Of a DNA stretch of 64,000 bases, positions 39,675 through 51,888 are shown in pieces. The position numbers and the translations under genes were made by a program. Every line of letters starts with the position of its first letter. The stretch's first letter is position 1. The stretch comes from Kudoa neothunni (lineage: Eukaryota > Animalia > Cnidaria): contig OZ199839.1 of the NCBI GenBank assembly GCA_964304625.1, positions 6,277,200 through 6,341,199 of the forward strand, given 5' to 3'. The notes beneath the pieces are model-generated. The model searched no databases, was not told where the DNA came from, and saw only the letters and a program-made list of their open reading frames with translations.

Positions 39675-42600
39675 TCATTCTTTGATCTTGTTTTCATTTT
39701 TTCTATTTTCTTCCAAAAAATGTGGAAAGTTTTTCTAAAAATTACAATACATATTAAATATGTAATAAAATAAGAAACCTTTATCCTTTCTATTATAAGA
39801 CATGACTTTGTGGTTATTTCTTCGTTGAAAGACGTTGACGATAACTCAAGAAATAAATTCAAAATATCGGGCAAAATGCCACTTTCCTCGATAAACTCTG
39901 ATGGCACAAATTGAAAAATATCTTCCGCAATAGGTATCAAAAATTCTATAAATGTTACCCAAAAGTTTTTTTGGGGATATGGCAAAATTTTCTTAAAGAG
40001 TGGCATCACAGAACCAATAATTATTCCTTTATACAACGCTAATGCTTCATGAATGAAATTTTCCATACTTTTTAAGCCCCTTTCAACATCGGAAGAGTAT
40101 AACATACTTGGGGCTTGTGAACTTTCACTCTCAAATTCATGTTTAATTCTAAATTTTTCCTTATTTTGCCGAACGAAGGCATCAAATGCATGGGAGAAAA
40201 TATCGCCTAGAATTTGAATATCACAAATATTCAAGGCATTTTCGAAACCGGGTATGGTAATAAACTCCTTAAATATAATTAAAAGCTCAGTTATTGTCAC
40301 CGCTGAGGAATTTTTAGTGCATCTCAGAAATTCTGGTTTCAAGTTAGTATTCCACATATTAGTTGCCCCATCAATATCACCATGCAGGATAGAACAGTTA
40401 AGTAATCGGTACACACCTTTTGCGGTAGGGCAATAAATGGATTCATGCAAAGTATTTTTAAGTATATCAGAAAGAATATTCAAATAAATTTCAAAACTTT
40501 CGTAGACTTTATCAGTACAGTTTTCTACCAAAACGACCACGAATTCACACAGCCAATGTATAACACCAAGGTCGTCCTCAAAAAAACAAGTTTTACATCC
40601 ATATAGAGGCGCCGACTTTAAAAGTTCTTTTACGTCGCCTTCCCGTGGGATGCTAACAAAATGGTTTACCTCAGTGAGATATTTAGCTATCGAAGACTTT
40701 AATTTGGGCAATAACTTGAGTAAACGTGGTGGCTTGCATTTGGCCATGCCCTTTAATAGTGGGAAGAAGCAAGGCTGAATATCAAGCCTGTCTTTTAATA
40801 ATATATGTGAATTATCGAAATTTTCTATATAATCTATAGTGAGTAAAGTAAATTGTTCCATTTCATGTGGAAAGTTTCTCTAAAAATTACAATACATATT
40901 AAATATGTAATAAAATAAGGAACCTTTATCCTTTCTACTATAAGACATGACTTTGTGGTTATTTCTTCGTCGAAAGACGTTGACGATAACTCAAGAAATA
41001 AATTCAAAATATCGGGCAAAATTCCACTTTCCTTGATAAACTCTGACGGCACAAATTGAAAAATATCTTCCGCAATAGGTATCAAAAAGTTTATAAATTG
41101 TACCCACAAGTGTTTTTGGGGATATGACGAAATTTTCTTAAAGAGTGGCATCACAGAACCAATAATTATTCCTTTATACAATGCCAATGCTTCATGAATG
41201 AAATTACCCATACTTTTTAAGCCCCTTTCAACATCGTAACGGTGTAACATACTTGGGGCTTGTGAACTTTCACTCTCAAATTCATGTTTAATTCTAAATT
41301 CTTCCTTATTTTTTCGAACGAAGGCATCAAATGCATGGGAGAAAATATCGCCCAGAATTTGAATATCGCAAATATTCAAGGCATTTTCGAAACCGGGTAT
41401 GGTAATAAATTCCTTAAAGATAATTAAAAGTTTGGTTATTGTCACCGCTGAGGAATTTTTAGTGCATCTCAGAAATTCTGATTTCAAGTTAGTATTCCAC
41501 ATATTAGTTGCCCCATCAATATCACCATGCAGGATAGAACAGTTAAGTAATCGGTACACACCTTTTGCGGTAGGGCAATAAATGGATTCATGCAAAGTAT
41601 TTTTAAGTATATCAGAAAGAATATTCAAATAAATTTCAAAACTTTCGTAGACTTTATCAGTATAGTTTTCTACCAAAACGACCACGAAATCACACAGCCA
41701 ATGTATAACACCAAGGTCGTTCTCAAAAGAACAAGATGTACATCCATATAGAGGCGCCGACTTTAAAAGTTCTTTTACGTCGCCTTCCCGTGGGATGCTA
41801 ACAAAATGGTTTATATCAGTGAGATACTTAGCTATCGAAGACTTTAATTTGGGCAATAACTTGAGTAAACGTGGTGGCTTGCATTTGGCCATGCCCCTTA
41901 ATAGTGGGAAGAAGCAAGGCTGAATATCAAGCCTGTCTTTTAATAATATATGTGAATTATCGAAATTTTCTATATAATCTATAGTGAGTAAAGTAAATTG
42001 TTCCATTTCATGTGGTAAGTCACATAAGCTTTCATTACATAAGAAAATCAGCAATCTATGTCCATAATAATCAAAGCTAGCGGACGTCGAGAAGAATTTG
42101 CGCAATATTATAAAAATATGGTCTATTATTCCAGAAATGTAGCGGTGAGGCTCAGATTTGATAATTTTAAAAACAATTCTTAAGGAAGTAGTTAGTGTAT
42201 ATGTAAGCTTCGTCGTTGCATCGTCATTTGATTTGGAAATTAGATCACACAAAGAGATCCAAATATTCGTCGCCCCAATTAAGGCAATCTCAAACTTGAT
42301 ATAGCTGCATTTACAAACAATTTTTTCCAAAGCTCTTATGGCTATTATTTTGATGAAGCCATTATTATGATTTGTTGCCGCCTCTACAATTAACGATAAG
42401 ACTTCTTTGTGGAAGCCAATCAGTGTGTCCCGATGGTACATAAGGCATAATAACTCAGCTAGTTCAATTGTAGAATACAAAATTTTTGGATTTTCACAAG
42501 AAAAATAAGGTAGTACTATACGAAGCATTTCCCGGGGCTCTAAACGTTCCCCTTTTCTTGAGTAAGAAGCCAATAAGTACATAATTTCAATTGCTGTATC

Positions 42601-43984
42601 AATCTTTCTCCAATCAGAAGATTTTAAATATTCGTTAGCTCGTTTTTGAAACAAGTTATATACAACTTCGCTATCAAGTGCAGGCACAATACTACGGAAA
42701 AATGTTTGCATTAGCGTTTGTTCATTCTCTGAGAAGAAAGCGTTGTATAATATGTAATTGTCTATAAGCCATTGTTCTGGGTTGCTAGGATAGGAGTCAA
42801 TATGAAAACGTAGTGCATTGTCAATCATAGCTGGTATGAAACATTCACAGTTTTCTCTAACCTCCTCCCGAAACCATACAATAAGTTTCTCGGTCAATTT
42901 GTACAGCTCATAGTGGACTGGCCTTTCAATGCTGCTATTATTTTGAAGTTGCACCAATGTTTTGAAGGTCAGTTGTGAATAATCTTTAAATAAAAATGAA
43001 TAAGCTTGATATATCTCATGCATTTCTTTCATAAATAAAAGCCCCTCAGTAGTAGATACAAAAGTTTCCATTGCCTTCAATATATGTGGAATCACGATTG
43101 AAAAATATATAACAAAAGGATCGTCATCCAATTCGTCAACGAAGTAAATCATATTATTCATTGGAATCCATACAAACTAAAGTATATTTATATGTATATA
43201 AATAGATATGGAGTTCATTTAAATGTTGAATCGGTCGAATATAATTTTTAGAATATTTATTTTTAATAATATCTCATACATTTGGGATATCTGAACTTTT
43301 TTCAAAACATTCAATGAAAAATTTGCTATATTGCACGTACGTATCCTCATCGGTTGTTGAAAATAATCCTCCATGGTATCTACAATCAAAAGCTCCTAAT
43401 TTACAAACAGAAATTTATTTTACCTGAAAAAGACTGTTACACTGTCATGCAACTCCAAATTATTAGAAGTTAGACAACGGGTAACCAATTCCATAATAAC
43501 TTCCAATTTATCTATTTTATTTTTGTTGATCAGTCTAATAACACTAGCGCAAGTCGATAACAATTTTTCTTGATGAGATTTCACTTCTTCATTGACTAAT
43601 AGGTTAAAGAGGTGGGCCTTTATTTCATTGACTAACTTATCAGAAACATTATTATCAATACAGAAAGTATCGCAGTAATGTTTGAGGAATAATGAAGCCG
43701 TTTGTTTCAACTTGACGAATATTATTGTAGTAAAATAGTGGGAATTTACCTTATATGATTTTTGAGAGGATAAAACATCAAGCAAAAACTGTATTTTTTG
43801 ATTAATCGGAAATAAATTCAATTTCACCTTCGATCATTAGTTAAAATATTAATCAATATTTATAACAGCTTACTAACGTGCAACTATTTCTTATGTCACA
43901 AAAAGGACCAAACTCACTTAAAATTGAACAAAATTCTACAAAATCCGACTTTTCATAGTTATTTTTATTAGACTCGATTTTCAT
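39675..43984 (-). CDS. Divergent importin-5/karyopherin-beta-like HEAT-repeat protein with internal tandem duplication
   Basis: YLKSSDWRKIDTAIEIM and VLPYFSCENPKILYST...FHKEVLSLI...IIAIRALEKIV parallel the importin-5 HEAT segments (DWKYRHA; PHPRVRYA; FHEKV). Leu-rich helical composition. Likely ATG at 43984; spliced end KNFPHFLEENRKNENKIKE*. Confidence 0.7.
39720..42015. repeat. Tandem duplication, 2 x 1145 bp
   Basis: ATGTGG at 39720, 40865 and 42010 delimits two highly similar units; both translate from MEQFTLLTIDY to ERIK. Confidence 0.95.
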
Positions 43985-44185
43985 TGAAGCTCACTGCTTA
44001 ACGTGGATTTATCCGAAAATACCAATAATTCAATCGGCTGCTTACAAATCATCATTCATTAATTTGTTAATCTTTTATCAATAAAATTGTTATCGATTAT
44101 CAAATCAACGCGACCATCTAAATACATTTGTGCCTCAATAGCGAATAGATACCCACTGAATAAATGCACCAATATGACTCATTAC

Positions 44186-47100
44186 GGTTAAAGTTCAGTT
44201 CCTTCGGCGTCCGCCGGTTACACGCCATTGGTAATAATTGGGGGTTCAGGCTGTTTACATTTTCCGGAGTATGCTTCCTGCAATCTTCACGTACGAAAAT
44301 TTAGATAACCTAAATTTTGAAGACTTATGTTAATTCAAGAATCATCCTGAAGATTTAATTATTTTTTTCCAACAACTTGACTTACTACTAACTTCAAGGT
44401 TTGTTCTTGTGGAGGTCAAATGAAACTTTCTCTAGGGAACAATGCTGCTGATGTTTCAAGTCATGCAGGAAGGAATGCTCGTTATGAAAAAATACGTTTT
44501 TCTACCAAGCCCTACTTTCTGCGTATCTGTATCAAATTTTAAAGATTTTATATTTTTGGGGCGTGGGAGCGACGGAACAATCTTTCTTAATGAAAGAATG
44601 CCATATTAATTCTTCCGCCACTAATGTGGATTGGAAAAATTTTATACGTGACATTTGTTTGAGTCACTTCATTCGTAACCCAAACAAAGTGGGTGGCCCT
44701 GGCGTAAAAGTCCAAATAGACGAAAGTCAAATTCGTATGAGGAAGTTTGGGGTTGGTAGAATCCTACAAAATCAAAGTCTGTGGATAGTTGGTGGTGTGG
44801 ATGAGGATGGAAAGGTTTTTATGGTGGAAACCGAAAAGAGAGACACTCCCACTCTTGAAAATATTATTACTACTCATGTTGAGAGGGGATCCGTTATACA
44901 TACAGATGGATGGCCTGCCTATAGTTCACTCACTGAGCTAGGTTATGAATACGGTCATGAGGCAGTAATTCATGATAGGGAGTTTGTCTCGTCTACAGGA
45001 GTCCACACCAATCGAATTGAGGGACTGTGGAGCGCTTCTAATCCTCCCGGGACGAAGGGGGTGCATTATGCACCCCAATTTTTTTATTATCAAAAATCTC
45101 CCTTTTTACACGTTAAGAATCTGATTCATGTTTTGTCAAATCTCACTACTTTATTAATATTTTTATCTAATAAATTTAAAATAGATAATTTGAAAGAAAT
45201 TGGTTTAATATTACTAGTTAAAATGGCGCAGGTTATCCTTTACCTTCAAAAATTATAAATAATGATAAGTGGTGGTTACTATATCGTATAAAATTTATTT
45301 TTACATATAAAGCACTAATTAAATTAAAATGAAATGCGTAGAAAACCTAAGAAATCATATTTATAACTTATACCGAATTAGCCCCATGGACCATAGGATT
45401 ATTTTCAAAAACGCACGAGTGGTAACGTTGTCATTTGGGATCTGCAGGTGCATTTACGTTTGTATGAAAATTTGTTAATATTTAATTTTCGATAAAGTTA
45501 TGCTATCAGAAAATAATTCAGATGATCTTATTGGAGATTTTAATAATAATGAATATGCTGACAGTGACCTAGAATTTGAAGGTCGCAGGTCTGATGAATC
45601 CTCATATAATGATTTTATTGAATATTCTGGAATTTCAGATGACTCAGAAGTCGACGGTGATGAAATATTGCAAGGGATAACGACTAGTAAACCAGGTTTC
45701 CAGTGGAAATATGGCTGCAAATCAAGAAAACGAACGAGGTGCCACAATCATGTTATCGATAAGCCTGGTCCCATAGGAAATTCAGGAAATATTTCGTCAA
45801 TTTTATCTTCGTTCCAGCTGTTTTTTTCTGATTCTGTGTTAGAAAAAATTTTATTCTTCACGAATAAGTACAGGCAGTCAAGTACTCAGTATAAACATAC
45901 AAATACAATAACGATGGAAGAATTAGTGGCCTTCCTTGATGTTATGATTGCGTCTGGTCGTTGTAATGGATCAAGAATGTCCCTCAAACTCCTTTGGAAA
46001 ACTCACCCCCTATTTTAGCAGCCTTTTTTCAGCTGCAATATCGAGAGACCGATTCACCCTCATTTATCGGACTATCCGATTTGATGACAAACTAGAACCT
46101 ATCCGTGAGATTTTCGAGGAAATCAATATATCTTTTCGGGAAAATTTTTCACCCGGTTTACATATAACCATTGATGAACGAATGGTAGGTTTCCGAGGTA
46201 AGTGTCCATTCCGTGTCTACATAAAGAATAAACCCGTACGTTTTGGTATGAAACTTTGGGTTGCAGCCGATGCTGACACCTCATATTTGCTGAATGTGCA
46301 ACCGTACATAGGAAGGATGGGCAACGTACGCGAGACTAAACAAGGGGAAAGGGTTTTCAAAGACCTCATGACTCTGGTTTTTGGTTCTGGGCGAGGATTG
46401 ACAACTGACAATTTTTTCACCTCCGTGCCCTTGGCATTATTTTTACTACAGAAAAATATTACACTTACTGGAACTTTGTGAAGAAACAACAGATATGTAC
46501 CTGATATTCTTCGAGATTTTGCTTCTCTGAAGACGTGACATTAGTGTCATATATTCCCAAGAAAAATCGTAATGTTTTTCTATTGTCGACTGAAATCCAT
46601 GACAGTTCGATTGAACCATCAGAAAGAAAATGCCCCGAAATTATTCTAAATTATAATCAGACCAAAGGGGGCGTTGACAATGACGATCGGATGACGCAAC
46701 AATACAGCTGTGCTCGGACAACAAGAAGGTGGCCATTCAGGTTGTTTATGGACCTTATTGATATATCAACATTGAATTCTTATATTATATGGATGATGGA
46801 TGTCGAGGTTCCCAGACTGGCGATCAAGTGATCAAAGTCGGCGCCAGTATTTTCTTCGGGGACTGGCAACTGAATTAGTCAAACCGAATGTTTTGAGTCG
46901 TCAAAGTTTAGGACATATTTATCACTCTCATATTAAATTTGGATTTAATATATTTGACAAATACATAAAGGACGGTCAAACATCTATTTCTAATGAAGAA
47001 ACTTTAATCCCAGTACAGTCAAGATGTACGCTTTGTCCAAGGAATATTGACGGGAAGTCCAGAGTTTCATGCTACACATGCAAGAAGACAGTGTGCCATT

Positions 47101-48943
47101 CGCATCGAATTTAAAAAAAAGTTATACAATGTCTTAGTTGTAATATGGAATCAAACTAATGTTCAAAAATTAATCCAATTTTAACAGATTTTTTAAATTG
47201 TGAAATATTTTTTAGTTCAAAAGTCCATTTATGTATGGTATTCATCTCCTCGAGAATAGAATGAAAATTACACAATGAATATATCATGTTTTAGTTAAAA
47301 TTGTAATAGCTAACTTACAAATTTTTTTAATTGGAATATTTATTTTCATGCGTTCGGTGCTGCTTTGAAAATTCAACTTAACCCATTAATAATAATAATA
47401 AATAATATAATACATTTTGAAAGCTACAAGTGAGAATAAATCCTAAAATACTTAACTCATATCGTTAAGATTAGTATGTATACATGAAATTAATTTATTC
47501 TGTTCAATCATCAGTATTTATCTATATTACATTTCGTTTTTACTAAGTTATAGAATCGGAAGCTACAACGCAACGACGATTATTAGGTGAGAAAGAATTC
47601 CCTGCTAATTTAATCTCATTATCCATATATGGGAATAACGAGAATAATCGGTAGTTTACATAGACCTGGATGGCTCGACTCTCGGTATAGATGTAAAAAA
47701 AACTCTGAAGCCGATAGCTGAATCTTCTAAGAATTTATAGAGAGCTTTATTGTTTTATTGAATACGTTTCGCTTGAATATTACGTTGATCCATCGTTTCT
47801 TTAATGGATTGTTCTTATTTGTTAAATGTGTTTTTTTTCTATAGAGCTATACAATTTTGACTTCTGGGTGGATCTTTTTAATATGTAAATAATTTTTACT
47901 CAAATTAAACGGTGTATTGCATCAATAAAGAGTAATAACATGAAAATTTTCTGGAGTGCATAATGCACCCCCTTCGTCCCCCGCGTTAGTTTTTTGAGCT
48001 CCGTCTTCCGAGGGTAAAGCGGAAATATCGTTCGGTGGCGAATAAAAAAAGGGAAATGATCGCTTCCTATATTGCCGAATGGATATTTAAATGACTCCAT
48101 AGGAAACGTGTTCTTTCTAAACTTTTAGAAGCAATTAAACATATTTATATTTTATAGATTTTGTTTTATTGTAAAAATTTATATAATTATGTCTTTTTCC
48201 AATCGTCAATGAATAAATATTTTTGGTAAATTACGGCATTCTTAAGTTTATTTTAATTAGTGTTAAGTGTTAACCCATTATTTTTTATAATGATTATATA
48301 TATAAACATATTTATCAAATAATGAAGGTTTTTGTATAAAATAACAAAATCTTCCGAAAATTAAGTTAAAAGACAGATTGTTTTACATTAACTTGGGCTC
48401 ATTAGGATACAATTAAAAAAGAAATGGCATGATATGTGATTTTTATCCATCTAAAAACTATTAAAAATTATATTAAGGTTCAAATATCATGAGTCGACAT
48501 TTAGTTTTAGCTTATACATTTTTTAAAAAAGAACATGTTGTAAGATATAAAAAATATTTACTATTTAACTTTAAAATGTAATCTCATTTTAGGTTTTATA
48601 CCGTTATCTGTCATTTGTTTTAAAAAATAACAAATAAAATCCATGATATATACAATACCATTAAAAATATTCGTTTATGTATAATTTTTAAATTTAAGAA
48701 TAAAAACAAGCACTAATTTGTACCATATTATATTGTTATGCACATAAATTGACACCTTATTTTTTAATTTTTTAACATTTAAATAGTACATATTATATTT
48801 TTTAATTGATATATTTTGTTTTATTGTGTGTAACTGAAGTAAAATAGATTTTATTGGGTTTATATGTTATGAAACGTGACCCGATTAGTACCGATGGCTG
48901 GTAACCGGCGGACGCCGAAGGGGGGAGGAACTGAACTTTAACC
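44186..48943 (+). mobile_element. Merlin (IS1595/ISXO2-like) transposon interrupted by piggyBac
   Basis: TIR ggttaaagttcagttcct...cggcgtccgccggttac at both ends. VQIDES, IHTDGWPAY and GVHTNRIEGLWSA, resuming as KRKYRSVANKKREMIASYIAEWIF after 48014. TSD not retained. Confidence 0.9.
45042..48014 (+). mobile_element. piggyBac transposon (frameshifted), nested in Merlin
   Basis: Inverted repeat gggacgaagggggtgcattatgcac at both ends with decayed TTAA flanks (ctaa/taaa). TIDERMVGFRG, TTDNFFTS, YNQTKGGVD and a Cys-rich tail. Confidence 0.92.
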
Positions 48944-49372
48944 CAATTTATGTGCATAACAAAATAATATAAGTTGAATATGTTTTTATCATTAAATTTA
49001 AGAAATATATATATATATATATACGAATGTTTTTAATGGTATTATAGATATTATTGATTAATTATGGGTTACACTTGTAATTTTTTAAAACAAATGATAG
49101 ATGTTAGGGCAAGAAAACATAACCGTTTACGTAACAATAATCCCCAAACACACTATCAGTAGTATACATAAAGTTGTTATACTCCTAGGACAATCTAGAT
49201 GTCTCTGTTGTATTCCATAAGGCGCTATATGGTTCTATCGTCCTATAGGATCTTCCAGAGGCCCCAAAAAAGGATCTCATTTCAACGCATAATTATATAC
49301 TATAACAATAATAAGATATTATTGTATTAAAATAAATATTTCTGTCCCAATTAATTAAATTTGCAATGTTTA

Positions 49373-50485
49373 TCCTTTATATATATATAAAAGAGGACTG
49401 TCGGTATGTTTGTTTGTGTGTGTATGCCCCTAAGTACGCATGTGCGGATAATTTTTTCCTTATAGAGAGCCATATATAAAATTTTTATAAATTTGTGATA
49501 TTTAAAAAAATCGTTTAATTGTTTTCGGACTACGAAAGTTTCCAAAAAGTATTTATAAAATAGTGATTTTGTCGATTTAAAGTTTGTTTTTCGGATTAAA
49601 TGAGTTCAACTATAGGATTAGCACTTGCTTATTTCATGGTTATGGTCGGTTGAAGTTAACTATCTCCTTTATATGCTCCATCATATGTTCATTAACTGCT
49701 TCTATCTATCTTTATATATAAGGTTGGCGTTTCTATTTGGGTTCCTGTTTAAACACACTCTTTATTTGCGGAGTTTTAAGTTTTAACGTATATGTCTCAT
49801 AAATAACGAATTCGCGGAGAACGTTAAAGTCACATTGATTGAAGCGTTATAATGGAAATACTGCGTTCATAGGTTTCATTAAATTGTCCGCTAAGTTTTA
49901 CTTTATGTGATTAAATTCAATGCGGATGGTTGTACTTTTATTTCACCAAATTATTTAAATTGTTTATGTTGAAATCGACGCAATTTGTGGCTGTTTATGA
50001 TAAAAGCGCATGTAGGTTTATGCCGAGCTAAACGGTGCTAATTTTAGCAATATCGATTAATTTTCATAAGTTTTCTTCTATCTCTTTTATTTTTTTTTCT
50101 AAAAAGTTAGTGGTGCACCCAGTTACTGAGCCAGGCCAGAATTCTACATTTAAAAATCCTCCGGGCCAAAAAATAACGTTTTAGATAACACTTTAACGGG
50201 ATTTAAATAATTCGGAATGAAAAACGTACAACGCTGACCTTAATTTGTTTAGCGTTGATGCCGAGCCACGAAATTTTTAAATGGGCGCAGGGATTGATAC
50301 TTTCCTTCACAGAAATTATCATAATTTAAATTGCATAATCCAAATCGTTATAGTAAGTTGCTTAAAAATGTTTAATTATTTTGCTTCTATGGGTTAATTC
50401 GAGATTTCAATATATTTTTTGAATGCTATTAAAAAATGCCTCTAGGCGAAATCTTCCCCAAGCAACGCTGGGAAATTCGAGCTAG
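49373..50485 (+). mobile_element. Non-autonomous Helitron, family 1, canonical ends
   Basis: A|TC at 49372-49374, hairpin cccaagcaacgctggg, CTAG|T at 50482-50486, no TSD. Confidence 0.88.
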
Positions 50486-51744
50486 TTAATAATATACTTT
50501 ATATCGTATTCAAAAAAATTAATATATAAATATACAATTTATTATTTATAAAAGTTTACCAATTTAAAATCTTCATATAAATCAAATTAGTATTAAAATA
50601 TTTTTAATTAATGTTGTTCTTCGATTTCATAACCAAAAATATCAGTGTACGAAAAATATAATTATTGTTAGTTTCAATTTCGCGAATAATTGAGGTATAA
50701 AAATTTATAAACTAAAATAAACAATTATAGATATTACTAAATGTTTCAAAAGTTAATTTGACCTTTAGAAATAATGATAGATGACATATTATTTCTCAAT
50801 ATTGGACAAGCTTCCTTAGAAAATTCACTGCACCAAATTTAATATGTACATAGTATGAAAATTTAAATAATGGTATTAGGATAAAATTAGCAAATAATCA
50901 GCTATTTTTCGGAGTTTATGGGAAAATGATGCGGATTACACGTGTACCCGACTGTAGTCAAATGGGAATTAGGCAAAAATTTAGAAGTAATTTATTTGAG
51001 CTCAATATTCTTTTATTTATTATTGATAATCGTAAAAGAAAAAAAGAGAAATAACGCACGAAAGATGATGTTTTTCTGGAGTGACATACTTTATCATTAC
51101 CACAATATTATTAAATAAAATTCTTTCTGTATGAGAATTCCGGACGAATAATGCCCTCAATGTCTAGATTTTGGTTGTTAAATCGGCGAGTGAACCGTAG
51201 CATTCGAAAATAACTTCAAGTTTTAATAGATAATTTAAATTTGAAACGTACTTTTAAAATCACTCGTTTCACTTAAATATCTTGTGAATAATCTTATTTA
51301 AGTATTAAATAATTAAAAATAGAAAAAATTATGAAGTCAAATTGCCGTGTCATGAAATTTAAAGAGTTTAAGAAATACAAGAATAGTTGTGTCTAAAATT
51401 TAATGGATAGAAAAATTAACTCCCATCTGTACCAGACTTTCAAGTTAAAGATTTTTTCGCCAGCACCAAAAATAAACGAACGAAAGGGTGAGGATTGCCT
51501 GATCGAAACACGTGTTGATTATTTCAGGTCGCACGATGAGTTAAGTTTTTATTGTTTCCTATCTTGAAGTATGCTGTGCCAATCATAAAACAAAAATATG
51601 TAACGTAATTCAATATATATCGATCCCAAAAGTTAAAATAACATTTTCTGCCTCGAGGGTATCCTACACGGCATGGTTCCGCGTTTTCCTGCGCCGTCCA
51701 AATTAGCCAAAAAATTATTCATGACCCATATGTGGGTCATATGA

Positions 51745-51764
51745 TCCCAGATTGGGAAACACTG
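51745..51764. mobile_element. hAT-like terminal repeat (CAGTGTTTCCCAA on the minus strand)
   Basis: Sits where B/C 3'-flank homology stops; partner end not found. Confidence 0.35.
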
Positions 51765-51888
51765 GTTTATATAAAGATGGATAGAATTAATTTCTAATTA
51801 GTTCAAAAGAACATGAAATACATATTTTATCGTTAATGAACATAATACGTATTCTAATAATAGATAATTGCTATACTATATATTATGC

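Noticed and set aside
39539-39780. ORF-track C-terminus VSYFITYLICIVIF... as a TM segment of the importin-like protein
   Set aside because: It is read-through of the 44-nt intron; the spliced frame ends at 39675.
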